Positions 1 through 8,893 of a stretch of DNA of 38,978 nucleotides are shown piece after piece. A program made the translations under genes and the position numbers. The stretch's first letter is position 1. Every line of letters starts with the position of its first letter. The stretch comes from a virus (lineage: Duplodnaviria > Caudoviricetes): the IMG/VR virus record IMGVR_UViG_3300040733_000052, positions 1 to 38,978 of that record, one strand, 5' to 3'. The notes under the pieces were generated by a model. It ran no database searches. It saw nothing but the letters and a program-made list of their open reading frames with translations, and was not told where the DNA came from.

Positions 1-101
1 CAGTCAAACCAAGCAAATTCATATTCGAAACTATTATTTAATTACGGAGATGGTTGTATGAGCATAAGCGACGGCGTTCGCTACTGGGGGAGGTGATCCG
101 G

Positions 102-1031
102 ATGACTTACATCGATTTGATCAATCGTTTCTGGAATATGGACATAGAATATCATTTTACCGCTTCCGAAACAAGGCTATATTTCAAACTGCTGGAAATA
201 GCGAATAGAGTAGGGTGGAAAGTGTCGGTGTCCGTGCCTAATATTCGGTTGGTTTCAGATGTCGGTATCTCGGAAAAGCACCTCATATCAAGTCGGCAAC
301 GCCTTCACGACGTTAATCTTGTAGTATGTATAAAAGGAAACACGCGAACCGCATGTAAGTATATCGTTGATCCGGATAATTTCAAAGCCGATTACTTACC
401 TAATAAGGTAATAAAGGTAAGTAATACTGAACCTGGTAATAACGATTCCTTACCTTATGCGTACGATGAGGTAAGTAATCAGGTAAGTAATCAGGTAAGT
501 AATCAGGTAAGTAATCAGGTAAGTAATCAGGTAAACATATATAAGAATAGACTAGAAGAGACTAGAGAAGAGAAGACTTTATCTTCTTCTCTTTTAGATG
601 AGAAAGATTCTAAAAGAGAAGAAGAACACATAGGATCCGAAGGGAAAAAAAGTTTACCTGCCAAACCCGCCACTCCGTATCAAGATATATACGAAATGTT
701 TATATCCATCTGCTCAACGTTGCCTCGAATTCAAGCCCCGTCTTTGTGGGCTAAGTCTCGACGAGAAGCCGTAAACGCCCGATGGCGTGAGCATCCGGAT
801 GTTGGATTCTTTTACGATCTATTTCACCGGGTGCATGATTCCGATTTCCTGTCCGGCCGAGTTAAGTCGTTCAAAGCGGGATTCGATTGGATATTCAAAC
901 CAACGAATATGCAAAAGATTATCGAGGGCAACTACGAAAACCAGGACGAAAAACAACAGAAGTTTGCGGGGCTCAAGGCGTTCTGGGAAGAAGCAAAAGT
1001 GGAGGAGATGGTTAAAAATGGCATTAAGTAA
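102..1031 (+). CDS. Phage replication initiator (N-terminal winged-HTH, DnaD/replisome-organizer-like)
   Basis: ATG at 102 follows GGAGGTGA. N-terminal HTH-like region (LYFKLLEIANRVGW...RQRL), internal (VSNQ)n repeat encoded by iterons, C-terminal 'AGFDWIFKPTNMQKIIEGNY' typical of phage initiators. Followed by a loader-like gene. Confidence 0.85.
   Translation: MTYIDLINRFWNMDIEYHFTASETRLYFKLLEIANRVGWKVSVSVPNIRLVSDVGISEKHLISSRQRLHDVNLVVCIKGNTRTACKYIVDPDNFKADYLPNKVIKVSNTEPGNNDSLPYAYDEVSNQVSNQVSNQVSNQVSNQVNIYKNRLEETREEKTLSSSLLDEKDSKREEEHIGSEGKKSLPAKPATPYQDIYEMFISICSTLPRIQAPSLWAKSRREAVNARWREHPDVGFFYDLFHRVHDSDFLSGRVKSFKAGFDWIFKPTNMQKIIEGNYENQDEKQQKFAGLKAFWEEAKVEEMVKNGIK
390..534. repeat. Iteron cluster / probable replication origin inside the initiator gene
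   Basis: AGGTAAGTAATC x5 perfect tandem copies at 469-528 plus a partial copy to 534. Exact inverted copy GATTACTTACCT at 390-401. 11/12 matches at 415-426 (direct) and 444-455 (inverted). Confidence 0.8.
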
Positions 1032-1575
1032 GCAGGTGTTCACCGAGGCGATGATGCTCCTGGGTACAGTTTACGAAAAACTTCGCGGAGTAACGAGCGA
1101 CATGGAAGTTCTAAAGATATGGTTCTCCGTGCTTGATGGGATGACGGATGATGAACTCAAAGCCGTTACCTCCGATTACGCCAGAACGAGCAAATTCGCT
1201 CCAACGCCCGCCGATCTCTGGGAACGGGTGAACGCCATGCGCGAAGCGCGTAATCCGCAACTTACCGCCGAGGAAGCATGGGGGATCCTTTACCGCGACA
1301 TCTCCAGGCTCGGATATTATGCTGAACCCACCTACGATGATTGGCGGCTCGAAGCGGCCAAGAATTCAATCGGTTGGGGCACGTTATGCGGCCTTACCGA
1401 TAACACGCTCATGCCTACACGCGCGCACTTCTTGCGTATTTTCGCAAGCTTCGCGCAACGCGAAAAAACCGCGCTGCAAACCGACAGCCCGAAAGCGGTA
1501 GAGTTCGTTAATCGGCTTGCTCAAGAGCTCGCTGGGAAAAGCGCGGTACCAGTTAAGGAGTTGGAAAATCGATGA
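1018..1575 (+). CDS. Replicative helicase loader/inhibitor (SPP1 G39P-like)
   Basis: Likely start MALSKQ at 1018, overlapping the initiator stop. Motifs 'IWFSVLDGM', 'SKFAPTPADL' and 'TAEEAWG'; position directly after the initiator. Confidence 0.7.
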   Translation: MALSKQVFTEAMMLLGTVYEKLRGVTSDMEVLKIWFSVLDGMTDDELKAVTSDYARTSKFAPTPADLWERVNAMREARNPQLTAEEAWGILYRDISRLGYYAEPTYDDWRLEAAKNSIGWGTLCGLTDNTLMPTRAHFLRIFASFAQREKTALQTDSPKAVEFVNRLAQELAGKSAVPVKELENR

Positions 1576-1976
1576 TCATTGAAATCCCGGATCTTCAGCC
1601 GACGGTAAATCACTGTTACAAAAGACGGAAAAACAAAAGATTATATCTAAGTGACGAAGGGGAGAGCTACAAAGACCTTGTAAAAAGTTGCGCATTATCG
1701 GTGGCAAGACGCGAAAAGTGGCAAATGATAAAGGCTGGGAAATTTATCCATATTGCTATCTCCTTCGAGTTGATCAATCGTAAATTTTCTGATCCAAACA
1801 ATCTCGTAAAACTAACGATCGATGCGTTTCAGGGGATATTGTACGAAAACGACAAATGGGTCCTACCTCTTATCTGGGACGCACGTATTACCGGAAGAAT
1901 GTACACTCATGTAATGATCAAGCGAGAAGGCGAATATTTTACGATTCCCGAGCTTATGGATAGTGGAATAACATGA
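1572..1976 (+). CDS. rusA: RusA-family Holliday junction resolvase
   Basis: 'PTVNHCY' and 'DPNNLVKLTIDAFQGILYENDKWV' resemble the RusA DxDNxxK...D...DD motif; 134 aa. Confidence 0.8.
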   Translation: MIIEIPDLQPTVNHCYKRRKNKRLYLSDEGESYKDLVKSCALSVARREKWQMIKAGKFIHIAISFELINRKFSDPNNLVKLTIDAFQGILYENDKWVLPLIWDARITGRMYTHVMIKREGEYFTIPELMDSGIT

Positions 1977-2698
1977 ATAGTTATTTTATCTGCGATGCCC
2001 TTGCGAGAAAGCATTATATGGATTATTTTCTAACCGAGTGCAAAAACGGGCCTACTTATACGGTATACCACCATCTGCGGTTTGACGCGGTTGCAATAAA
2101 AAAATCGTGGGTTAACCCGTGTATAACGATTTATGAAATAAAAACCTCACGCTCAGATTTTTTGCGGGATAAAAAATATGTCAAATATCTCAACTACTGC
2201 AATCGGTTCTTTTTTGCATGCCCAAAAAACATGATAAAGAAAGAGGAGTTATCGGACCCGCGTGTTGGTTTAGTATATATTGCTGATGATAAGACGGTAT
2301 ATACGAAAAAATCCGCTCATATCATGAAAAACGATATACCATCAAGCTTCTATCAATACGTTATATATAGCAAACTCAATGATGACAGGGCTTTCTTCTA
2401 CTGGAACAAAGAGGAATTTCTAAAGCAGTGGTTAGCCAAAAAGATAAGCAACCGAGAGTTAGGTCAACGGGTGAGCTCAAAGCTAATTGACGAACTGTCG
2501 CGTGTATCAAACGAGTTATATGCAAGGGAAACGGTTTACAGTATTAAGCACACACAAGAAAAGATGCAAGATTATGAAGAGATAAAAAAAATTTTGGAGT
2601 ATTACGGGTACGGCTACAAAGTAGGGATATATCCAGTTGCAGCAATTGTAAGCGAAATTTTAGAAAAAATAAAACAATTGCGAAGGGAAAACATATGA
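1973..2698 (+). CDS. MmcB-like PD-(D/E)xK nuclease-fold protein
   Basis: 'RFDAVAI...IYEIKTSRSDFLRDKKY..YLNYCNRFFFACP' matches the MmcB/DUF1052 pattern. Confidence 0.7.
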   Translation: MNSYFICDALARKHYMDYFLTECKNGPTYTVYHHLRFDAVAIKKSWVNPCITIYEIKTSRSDFLRDKKYVKYLNYCNRFFFACPKNMIKKEELSDPRVGLVYIADDKTVYTKKSAHIMKNDIPSSFYQYVIYSKLNDDRAFFYWNKEEFLKQWLAKKISNRELGQRVSSKLIDELSRVSNELYARETVYSIKHTQEKMQDYEEIKKILEYYGYGYKVGIYPVAAIVSEILEKIKQLRRENI

Positions 2699-2770
2699 GA
2701 TTATTGCCCGGCTTTGTTGAGTTGATTATTAAATGACTCGTAAAGTTACAGGAACTGGGAGGGAGATCAA

Positions 2771-3187
2771 ATGAACAAAATAATTATAAGCGGCTACATT
2801 GGCCGCGACCCAGAGATAAAATACGCGACAAATGGGGATCCGGTAGCTAGTTTCAGCTTCGGCGTGAGCCGCCAAAAGACGAAAAACAATGATAACCCCG
2901 GTACAGACTGGCTCCGCGTAGTCGCGTTCGGTAAGGTGTGCGATACGATCAGCAACTACTTCGAAAAGGGAACAGGACTGATCATCGAAGGCCATATCCG
3001 CACTAACACGTACGAGGCGCAGGATGGGACTAAAAAATATACCACAGATATAGTCATGGATCGATTCGAGTTCTTGCCGAAGGGTACGAGAGAACCGAGA
3101 TCGGATACCGTGAAAACCGATACAGGCAACGGGCAGGAACCAACGCCACCGATTACATCTGGCGATGACGATGAAGTCCCGTTTTAA
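2771..3187 (+). CDS. ssb: Single-stranded DNA-binding protein
   Basis: MNKIIISGYIGRDPEIKY OB-fold start and acidic C-terminal tail 'DDDEVPF'. Confidence 0.97.
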   Translation: MNKIIISGYIGRDPEIKYATNGDPVASFSFGVSRQKTKNNDNPGTDWLRVVAFGKVCDTISNYFEKGTGLIIEGHIRTNTYEAQDGTKKYTTDIVMDRFEFLPKGTREPRSDTVKTDTGNGQEPTPPITSGDDDEVPF

Positions 3188-3200
3188 AGGGGGATGAAGA

Positions 3201-3755
3201 ATGAAGGTACTATGCGTTCCGGATTATGCGTTTGAATATGAGCTGATAAGAGAACATATTAACGGCATGGGGCTTTACCTCGATAGAGATGTTTTAGAAT
3301 CGAACTTCGCATATCGGCAAATTATTCCGTATGTCGTTTTGAGAGACTCTGAAGGAAAAATCCTTACTTATCAGCTTCAAAATACGAGTAACGAAGAACG
3401 ATTGTGCGGACAATATACGATCGGAATAGGCGGTCATGTGGAAGAAAAGGACGGAACCGGTTGGATGGCTGTTCACAAAGCAAGCGAGAGAGAAATACGA
3501 GAAGAAATCGGCGTGATACCGCTTCTGATGGATGGCAAAATAACGATAATACGATTGCATGAAACGGAAGTAGACCGCGCTCACCTCGGGATTGGGATGG
3601 TATTAAAAAAATGGGCTGGAAAAATTATACCTTCGAAAGAAGTCCCGAGTTGGGAATGGAAAACTATCGAAGAGTTAAAGGCCATGGAGCTCGAAACATG
3701 GGCGAGATACATGCTCGAATATCGTTTAGGTTACGAGGAAAATAAAGAGAGGTGA
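3201..3755 (+). CDS. NUDIX hydrolase
   Basis: Nudix box 'GGHVEEKD...ASEREIREEIG' and the 'RQIIPYVV' motif. Confidence 0.85.
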   Translation: MKVLCVPDYAFEYELIREHINGMGLYLDRDVLESNFAYRQIIPYVVLRDSEGKILTYQLQNTSNEERLCGQYTIGIGGHVEEKDGTGWMAVHKASEREIREEIGVIPLLMDGKITIIRLHETEVDRAHLGIGMVLKKWAGKIIPSKEVPSWEWKTIEELKAMELETWARYMLEYRLGYEENKER

Positions 3756-3764
3756 TTGACGGTC

Positions 3765-3863
3765 ATGTTCACCGGCATACTCATAGGACTATTCATAGGA
3801 ACAGCGTTAGGAATGTTCATTTCGGCATTGTTTAAATCAGCAGGAGGCAGCGATGAACAATGA
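3765..3863 (+). CDS. Small membrane protein, 32 aa (MFTGILIGLFIGTALGMFISALFKSAGGSDEQ); not in ORF track
   Basis: GAGGTGA RBS upstream, a single Gly-rich hydrophobic helix, and it fills the gap between neighbouring genes. Resembles common small phage proteins. Confidence 0.6.
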   Translation: MFTGILIGLFIGTALGMFISALFKSAGGSDEQ

Positions 3864-4170
3864 AAAAAACTTAGCGGCTCAAGAGAAAGAAACAGGAAGC
3901 CTAAGCACGCTTAGTGAACAGGAATTTCGAACCGCGTTTACACATTACCAATGCCTCGAGAAAGAGGTATGGAATGTAAAAACAGGCCTCGAAGCGATTA
4001 TGCGGATCGCTTCAAGGCTGAAACCGTTCAAAGCGTTTGCAACGGATATTGAGAGTATATCAGAAATAGGAAAATCCCTGGCTCAAGTCGAAGCACTCGA
4101 AGCGACAATCGACAAAACAAAAACGGCCCTCATCCACGAGACCAATGCGAGATATACCAAACGAGAGTAA
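3853..4170 (+). CDS. Hypothetical coiled-coil protein
   Basis: AGGAGG RBS; helical 105-aa ORF in operon order. Confidence 0.65.
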   Translation: MNNEKNLAAQEKETGSLSTLSEQEFRTAFTHYQCLEKEVWNVKTGLEAIMRIASRLKPFKAFATDIESISEIGKSLAQVEALEATIDKTKTALIHETNARYTKRE

Positions 4171-4615
4171 TTCCCGCGTTAACGCCGGTGACGTTGTACG
4201 GATGCTCCAGAATTACAAGGCAAACGTGCAGCGTTACCTCGGTTGTCGCGTGCATTTATCTCTCCTGCCATCCGGGGAGATCGACTGGTACCTGAGCGAT
4301 AGCCCGAACGAGCACGCATGTCTCAATGATCAGGTGCGTGCCGGGTTGTTTATCAAGTATTTTGAACACTGGTACAATCAATTATCGCTGGAGTGCCGTG
4401 GGATCCTGTTCCACTGCTACATCAACCACGATTTCGAACTCGCAAACACGATGAGCGCGTGGCTCGAGTTCGAGTGGGGACGAATGAAGTATAAGACATT
4501 GCCTGTTAGGCGCTTGGCCGTGCTCTTCGATTGCTCGACGGCGAGATTGTATAAGATGAAGCATTATAGTTTGGAGAGATTAATGGTTATAATAAACGGA
4601 GAAATAGAAAAATAA
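4145..4615 (+). CDS. ArpU/RinA-like late transcription activator
   Basis: C-terminal sigma-region-4-like HTH ('LSLECRGILFHCYI...VRRLAVLFDCSTARLYKMKHYSL'); sits at the end of the replication module. Confidence 0.6.
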   Translation: MRDIPNESNSRVNAGDVVRMLQNYKANVQRYLGCRVHLSLLPSGEIDWYLSDSPNEHACLNDQVRAGLFIKYFEHWYNQLSLECRGILFHCYINHDFELANTMSAWLEFEWGRMKYKTLPVRRLAVLFDCSTARLYKMKHYSLERLMVIINGEIEK

Positions 4616-4628
4616 AAGGAAACGTGTT

Positions 4629-5513
4629 ATGGGGGTGACAACAACGATATATGTGGGATTGGAACGCTCAGAAAAACAAAAAATAATACAGGAATATTTG
4701 CAAAACAACAAAGTTCGAAAGGTATTTGTAATTAGCTCTGAGAAAAGCGAATACGACACAGGGTATATAGAAAAAGAAAGCTTGGGTTGGTCTGATGTCA
4801 TTATGTATAAGTTTTTTTATCGATTGCTCGAGGAAATAGATTCAACATGTCTTGTTGTGATAGATGAAATGATGAGAACTCAGAACAGAAGCGAATTAAC
4901 GTATAACTGTGCGCATCATTATCTTAATCAAACCCCACATCGACTCATATTTGAGTATTTTCCTTTTATTGAACAAAAAGACGATTTTATGATTTTGCTT
5001 GATTTTCAAGATAAGCCTAAATATCGTGGAAAAGGCTTCTCGTGGGAGATGTTAAAAGAGCAAGATTTAAGAATAAAAAAAACAGAAATGAAGTTCGAAA
5101 TACTGCCGGTTCAAATAAGCACTAAAGAAAAGGCAGAATATTTTCAAAAGAAAGAAGCGTTGTTTGCCGAACTCGGTAGTAAAAACCCAGACACGATCCC
5201 GCGGAATCTTCACGTTTTTGTTGGGAAATACAAAAAGAGGAACTTGTATACCGGGAAAATTTACGTTGCGAGAAACTCCCGTTTTAATATGCTTAATGTG
5301 ATTACGTATAAAAATAAGTCAACTATTTCAGCGATTATTATCGACTTTCCGCACAGAAGAATAGACTTCAACGATTATCTCAAACGAGTGACGCCCCCCA
5401 TAGTATCTTTTTTATCTACCGGTTTGCCCGTTGACAATTATTATGCTGAAAGTTTTCGAAAATGGCTCGAGCGATTGGAGGAGTTTTATGATCAGGCAAG
5501 TATATCAGAATGA
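4629..5513 (+). CDS. Hypothetical protein, possibly a degenerate SF2 helicase/ATPase-like fold
   Basis: Walker-B-like 'CLVVIDEMMR' and only a vestigial Walker A ('YVGLERSEK'). Overlaps the ibrA-like gene. Confidence 0.45.
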   Translation: MGVTTTIYVGLERSEKQKIIQEYLQNNKVRKVFVISSEKSEYDTGYIEKESLGWSDVIMYKFFYRLLEEIDSTCLVVIDEMMRTQNRSELTYNCAHHYLNQTPHRLIFEYFPFIEQKDDFMILLDFQDKPKYRGKGFSWEMLKEQDLRIKKTEMKFEILPVQISTKEKAEYFQKKEALFAELGSKNPDTIPRNLHVFVGKYKKRNLYTGKIYVARNSRFNMLNVITYKNKSTISAIIIDFPHRRIDFNDYLKRVTPPIVSFLSTGLPVDNYYAESFRKWLERLEEFYDQASISE

Positions 5514-6606
5514 AACCGTGTTAAGCGCCGCAAAACGTAGGATTAGCTATGTGTTTGATGAACGCGAAAATATCGTTGTGTCTATAAGCGGGGGCAAAGA
5601 CTCAACGGTATTGGCGCACCTTGCCCTTAAAGAAGCGAACAGACGTGGAAGAAGGATTGGACTGTTTTTTCTCGATGAAGAAGTAGTCTATGATAGCACT
5701 ATACGCCAAATAGAGTATCTTATGAACTTGTATCCTACCAATACCATTAAATTATGGTATCAGATAGAGTTTAGGCTGACGAATGCAACGAGTTTGAAAG
5801 AGGGGCAGTTGATTTGCTGGGAGGCCGGAAAGCATAAATTATGGATGAGGCCTAAAAATAATGAATCAATACAGCATAAATCATGGGATAAAGAAAAAGA
5901 AACAATAAGAGACAAAAACAAAGGTTTTGGGTTTTATGATGTGCTCGATAATTTTCAGAACAATCGGCCAAACACTGCGTTTATGGTTGGATTGCGGGCG
6001 GTTGAAAGCATGAACAGATGGCGTGCTGTTTCTAAAAACCCTGGATACAAGAGGTGCTTTTGGAGTACAAAACTTCAGAACGGGAGTGCTGCTTTCTATC
6101 CGATATATGACTTTAATTTTCACGATATTTGGAAGTACATTTACGATGAAGGGCTCAAATACAGCAAAATTTACGATTATATGTGGAAAAAGGGGACACC
6201 TTTGAACGAGATTAGAGTGTCAAGCTTGATTCATGAAAAATCGTTTAAAGCGCTGGTTGATCTTCCGGAGTTCGAACCAAAAACATATGATCGGCTTCTT
6301 AAAAGAATCGATGGCATTTCTATTGGAGCTATTTATGGGAAAGATCGCGCAATGTTAAAAGCCCAAAAGCTGCCTAAAAACTATCGCAACTGGCGTGAGT
6401 ACAGAAATTTTCTTTTGGTAACTTATCCGGATGCTGATAAGAAAACCATATTCGAAAAAAGGTTTGCGCATCAGCTTGATAATGATTATGTTGCTCGGCA
6501 ACAGTGCAGGCAACTCATTCTTAACGACTATGAAAATAACCTGCCAATTGATAACAAACCAGATCCAAGATCCGAGGAAATAGAAAAATGGAGGGAGATA
6601 TTATGA
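5488..6606 (+). CDS. ibrA: IbrA-like PAPS-reductase-family (PP-loop, DUF3440-type) protein
   Basis: ATG at 5488 after GGAGGAG. 'VVSISGGKDS' PP-loop, 'FLDEE', 'VGLRAVESMNR', 'YPIYDF...DIWKY', 'RVSS', 'CRQLILNDY'. Followed by a ParB-like gene as in ibrAB loci. Confidence 0.8.
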   Translation: MIRQVYQNETVLSAAKRRISYVFDERENIVVSISGGKDSTVLAHLALKEANRRGRRIGLFFLDEEVVYDSTIRQIEYLMNLYPTNTIKLWYQIEFRLTNATSLKEGQLICWEAGKHKLWMRPKNNESIQHKSWDKEKETIRDKNKGFGFYDVLDNFQNNRPNTAFMVGLRAVESMNRWRAVSKNPGYKRCFWSTKLQNGSAAFYPIYDFNFHDIWKYIYDEGLKYSKIYDYMWKKGTPLNEIRVSSLIHEKSFKALVDLPEFEPKTYDRLLKRIDGISIGAIYGKDRAMLKAQKLPKNYRNWREYRNFLLVTYPDADKKTIFEKRFAHQLDNDYVARQQCRQLILNDYENNLPIDNKPDPRSEEIEKWREIL

Positions 6607-7127
6607 TCCTTGAAAGCAAAATAGGCCCGATTCCGGCTCCGTGCATGGATGTGGTTTTAATCCCGGCAACCAAGCTGAGAGCCAATAACTATAACCCGAA
6701 CAACGTCCCCAAAAATAATATGGAACTCTTAAAACAATCCATCATCGATAACGGCTTTTGCTTTCCGATAGTCACGATCTATGATAAAGAGGTTGACGAG
6801 TACGTTATCATTGATGGATTCCATAGATATACCATACTTACGGAATACCTGGGAATTTCCACTATACCCATCGTGGTATTAGATCATGACATTAACAAAA
6901 GGATGGCAGCAACTATACAATTCAACCGCGCGCGAGGAGTACATCAAGTAGAGCTTATGGGCGACTTGGTACAAGCCTTGATAAGTCAGGGTATGAGCGA
7001 TGAGGACATCAGCAAACACCTCGGGATGGAAATGGAGGAAGTATATCGGTTAAAACAAATTACTGGTATCGCCGAATTGTTCAAAAACCAGATATATTCT
7101 AAGGCTTGGGAAATGGAGGAAGCTTAA
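6603..7127 (+). CDS. ibrB: IbrB-like ParB/Srx-domain protein
   Basis: 'ANNYNPN', 'GFCFPIV', 'IIDGFHR', 'MAATIQFNRARG.H' and a C-terminal HTH ('ISKHLGMEMEEVYRL'). ATGA overlap with ibrA. Confidence 0.85.
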   Translation: MILESKIGPIPAPCMDVVLIPATKLRANNYNPNNVPKNNMELLKQSIIDNGFCFPIVTIYDKEVDEYVIIDGFHRYTILTEYLGISTIPIVVLDHDINKRMAATIQFNRARGVHQVELMGDLVQALISQGMSDEDISKHLGMEMEEVYRLKQITGIAELFKNQIYSKAWEMEEA

Positions 7128-7762
7128 TGGCGGACTGGAATTATGGCGATTCTTTCAAACGTTATCCAATACCCGATGATGGATGGTGTTTTGAAGATGG
7201 CAGCATGATAAAAACACATAACATATTTGATCCTCTGCCGGAATTTATGAAACAATCCGATATCATATTTACAGATTCACCATGGAATCTCGGAAATCTC
7301 AATACATTCTATACTAAAGCACAAAGAACAGACTACCAAAAGAGTTTTGAGACATTTTATAAACGCTTATTTGAATGCCTTAACGAAATAAATCCGAATC
7401 AAGCCTTTTTGGTTATAGGGAAGCAATACCTCGCGGAATACATAATCGAAACGAAAAACATGTTCAAACATACGACGTTTTATAATAGCACTTATTATCA
7501 CAAACGAAATAACGTATGTTATATAGTCCACGGTTCCAATCTAACATCGAAACGTTTACCGTTGGAGTACGCAGATGAAGAAGATGCGATAAGGTGGATA
7601 TGCGATAACATTAGTTTCTCGTGTATCGGAGATATATGTATGGGGCGTGGAAGCGTTGGGTATTATGCCTGGAAAGCCGGGAAAAAGTTTGTCGGTACAG
7701 AGTTAAATCACAAGCGCCTTTCCGTATTAGTGGAAAGAATTAAAAACGCCGGGGCGAAGTAA
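7127..7762 (+). CDS. Compact amino-DNA-methyltransferase-like protein (beta-class motif order)
   Basis: Motif IV variant 'IIFTDSPWN' precedes SAM-binding motif I 'DICMGRGSVG...GTELN'. TAATG coupling to ibrB. Confidence 0.7.
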   Translation: MADWNYGDSFKRYPIPDDGWCFEDGSMIKTHNIFDPLPEFMKQSDIIFTDSPWNLGNLNTFYTKAQRTDYQKSFETFYKRLFECLNEINPNQAFLVIGKQYLAEYIIETKNMFKHTTFYNSTYYHKRNNVCYIVHGSNLTSKRLPLEYADEEDAIRWICDNISFSCIGDICMGRGSVGYYAWKAGKKFVGTELNHKRLSVLVERIKNAGAK

Positions 7763-7763
7763 T

Positions 7764-8519
7764 ATGTTGGTCGCGAGCTTTTTGTATTCGATTTCCGGAT
7801 CTCAAAACGAACACGCTAACATAACTTGTAATGTCAATGATATTTGCGCATTATGCGGTTCAAAAATCTCCGAAGGGATCTTAAAGAAAAAGATCATATC
7901 CGAAGCCTTTACAAACTGGGACTTTATATCCCAATCCGATTACCTTTGCGTTCCTTGCGCAAACATCCTTAAAGGCGAACTTGCGCGCTCAATTCGCACG
8001 TCTTCGTTCTACGCAACTGCCGGAGGAATACAGCTGTTCAAATTTCACGATCTATCGCATATGCTCTTCATGAAGCATGATACGCCGTTCGTATTGTGTT
8101 TTACGAGCAGCTTCAAAAAACACAATGCGTTCCGGGCCGTGCTCAACGATTCTGATGAGCGGTTTACGGTGCGCTGGGAAGACCGTGCGATAGAGGTTGA
8201 CCGGAATGCATGTACGTCGCTTTTCCGGGGATGCGTGCATCTGTATTTCGGAGGATTTACAAAGGAAGAGATATCCAATAACACGTTCGCGCTTCACCGG
8301 TGCATGAAGTACGGTATCGGACGATTCAACGAGCACTACGAGATTATCAAGCCTTATTTCCGGACAAATCTGCTGGAATTTATATGTGAAGCCCTACCAT
8401 CCAGGAAACGGGAAACATACGTTAAGATAATTGCTGAACGCGAAAAATCCGCTAAAGCAGCGAAGGGAGCGAGTAATGGAAGAAATACGGGAACTAACAA
8501 ACGAGGAAAAAGCGGTTAG
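7764..8519 (+). CDS. csf1: Type IV CRISPR large subunit Csf1 (Cas8-like, Zn finger)
   Basis: CALCG...'AFTNWD'...CVPC zinc finger and 'PFVLCFTSSFKKH' motif; lies upstream of a small helical gene and csf2. Confidence 0.75.
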   Translation: MLVASFLYSISGSQNEHANITCNVNDICALCGSKISEGILKKKIISEAFTNWDFISQSDYLCVPCANILKGELARSIRTSSFYATAGGIQLFKFHDLSHMLFMKHDTPFVLCFTSSFKKHNAFRAVLNDSDERFTVRWEDRAIEVDRNACTSLFRGCVHLYFGGFTKEEISNNTFALHRCMKYGIGRFNEHYEIIKPYFRTNLLEFICEALPSRKRETYVKIIAEREKSAKAAKGASNGRNTGTNKRGKSG

Positions 8520-8880
8520 ACTGGCCTATTTTCTTTGGAAAAGCATTGATCACGAGGGGATGAGTGCTTCCCGCCGAATGGGGATATGGGATGAGTTCCA
8601 GCAAAAAATAATATATGCGGCAATGCAACAAACACCGGAAGCAATGATCGAGGTGTTTGCCAAGAAGTTTTCGATCATGAGTTACAAACATAGCGCTATT
8701 CTTGCGTTCATGACGCCAGAGGCAGTTGATCAAATCCGCCGGAATCCGAGGAAAATTGTACTGATGTTACGCGCAACTATTGAAGAGGAAAAGGTGGAGT
8801 ACAAGGCGAAAGTAGAGGAAAGAGCAGAGAAAGAAAAAGCTAAAGAACGGATGAAGCTCATGAACTCGGATTGGGAGTAA
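8476..8880 (+). CDS. cas11: Type IV-B small subunit (Cas11-like)
   Basis: Small all-helical protein between csf1 and csf2 ('LWKSID...IWDEFQQKIIYAA'); start MEEIRE at 8476 after GGGAG. Assignment is mainly positional. Confidence 0.6.
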   Translation: MEEIRELTNEEKAVRLAYFLWKSIDHEGMSASRRMGIWDEFQQKIIYAAMQQTPEAMIEVFAKKFSIMSYKHSAILAFMTPEAVDQIRRNPRKIVLMLRATIEEEKVEYKAKVEERAEKEKAKERMKLMNSDWE

Positions 8881-8893
8881 TTCATCAAAGGAG

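Noticed and set aside
469-534. 12-bp tandem repeat as a CRISPR array for the type IV system
   Set aside because: No spacers, unit too short, and in frame within the initiator gene; fits iterons.
787-1017. Extended N-termini given by the ORF track (also at 5431, 15153, 24041, 35301)
   Set aside because: They overlap upstream genes extensively; downstream ATGs with RBS or stop-start coupling are more plausible.
5488-7127. Complete Dnd/Ssp phosphorothioation system or ParABS partition system
   Set aside because: No DndA/D/E, SspB/C or ParA ATPase recognisable; motifs match the IbrA/IbrB pair.
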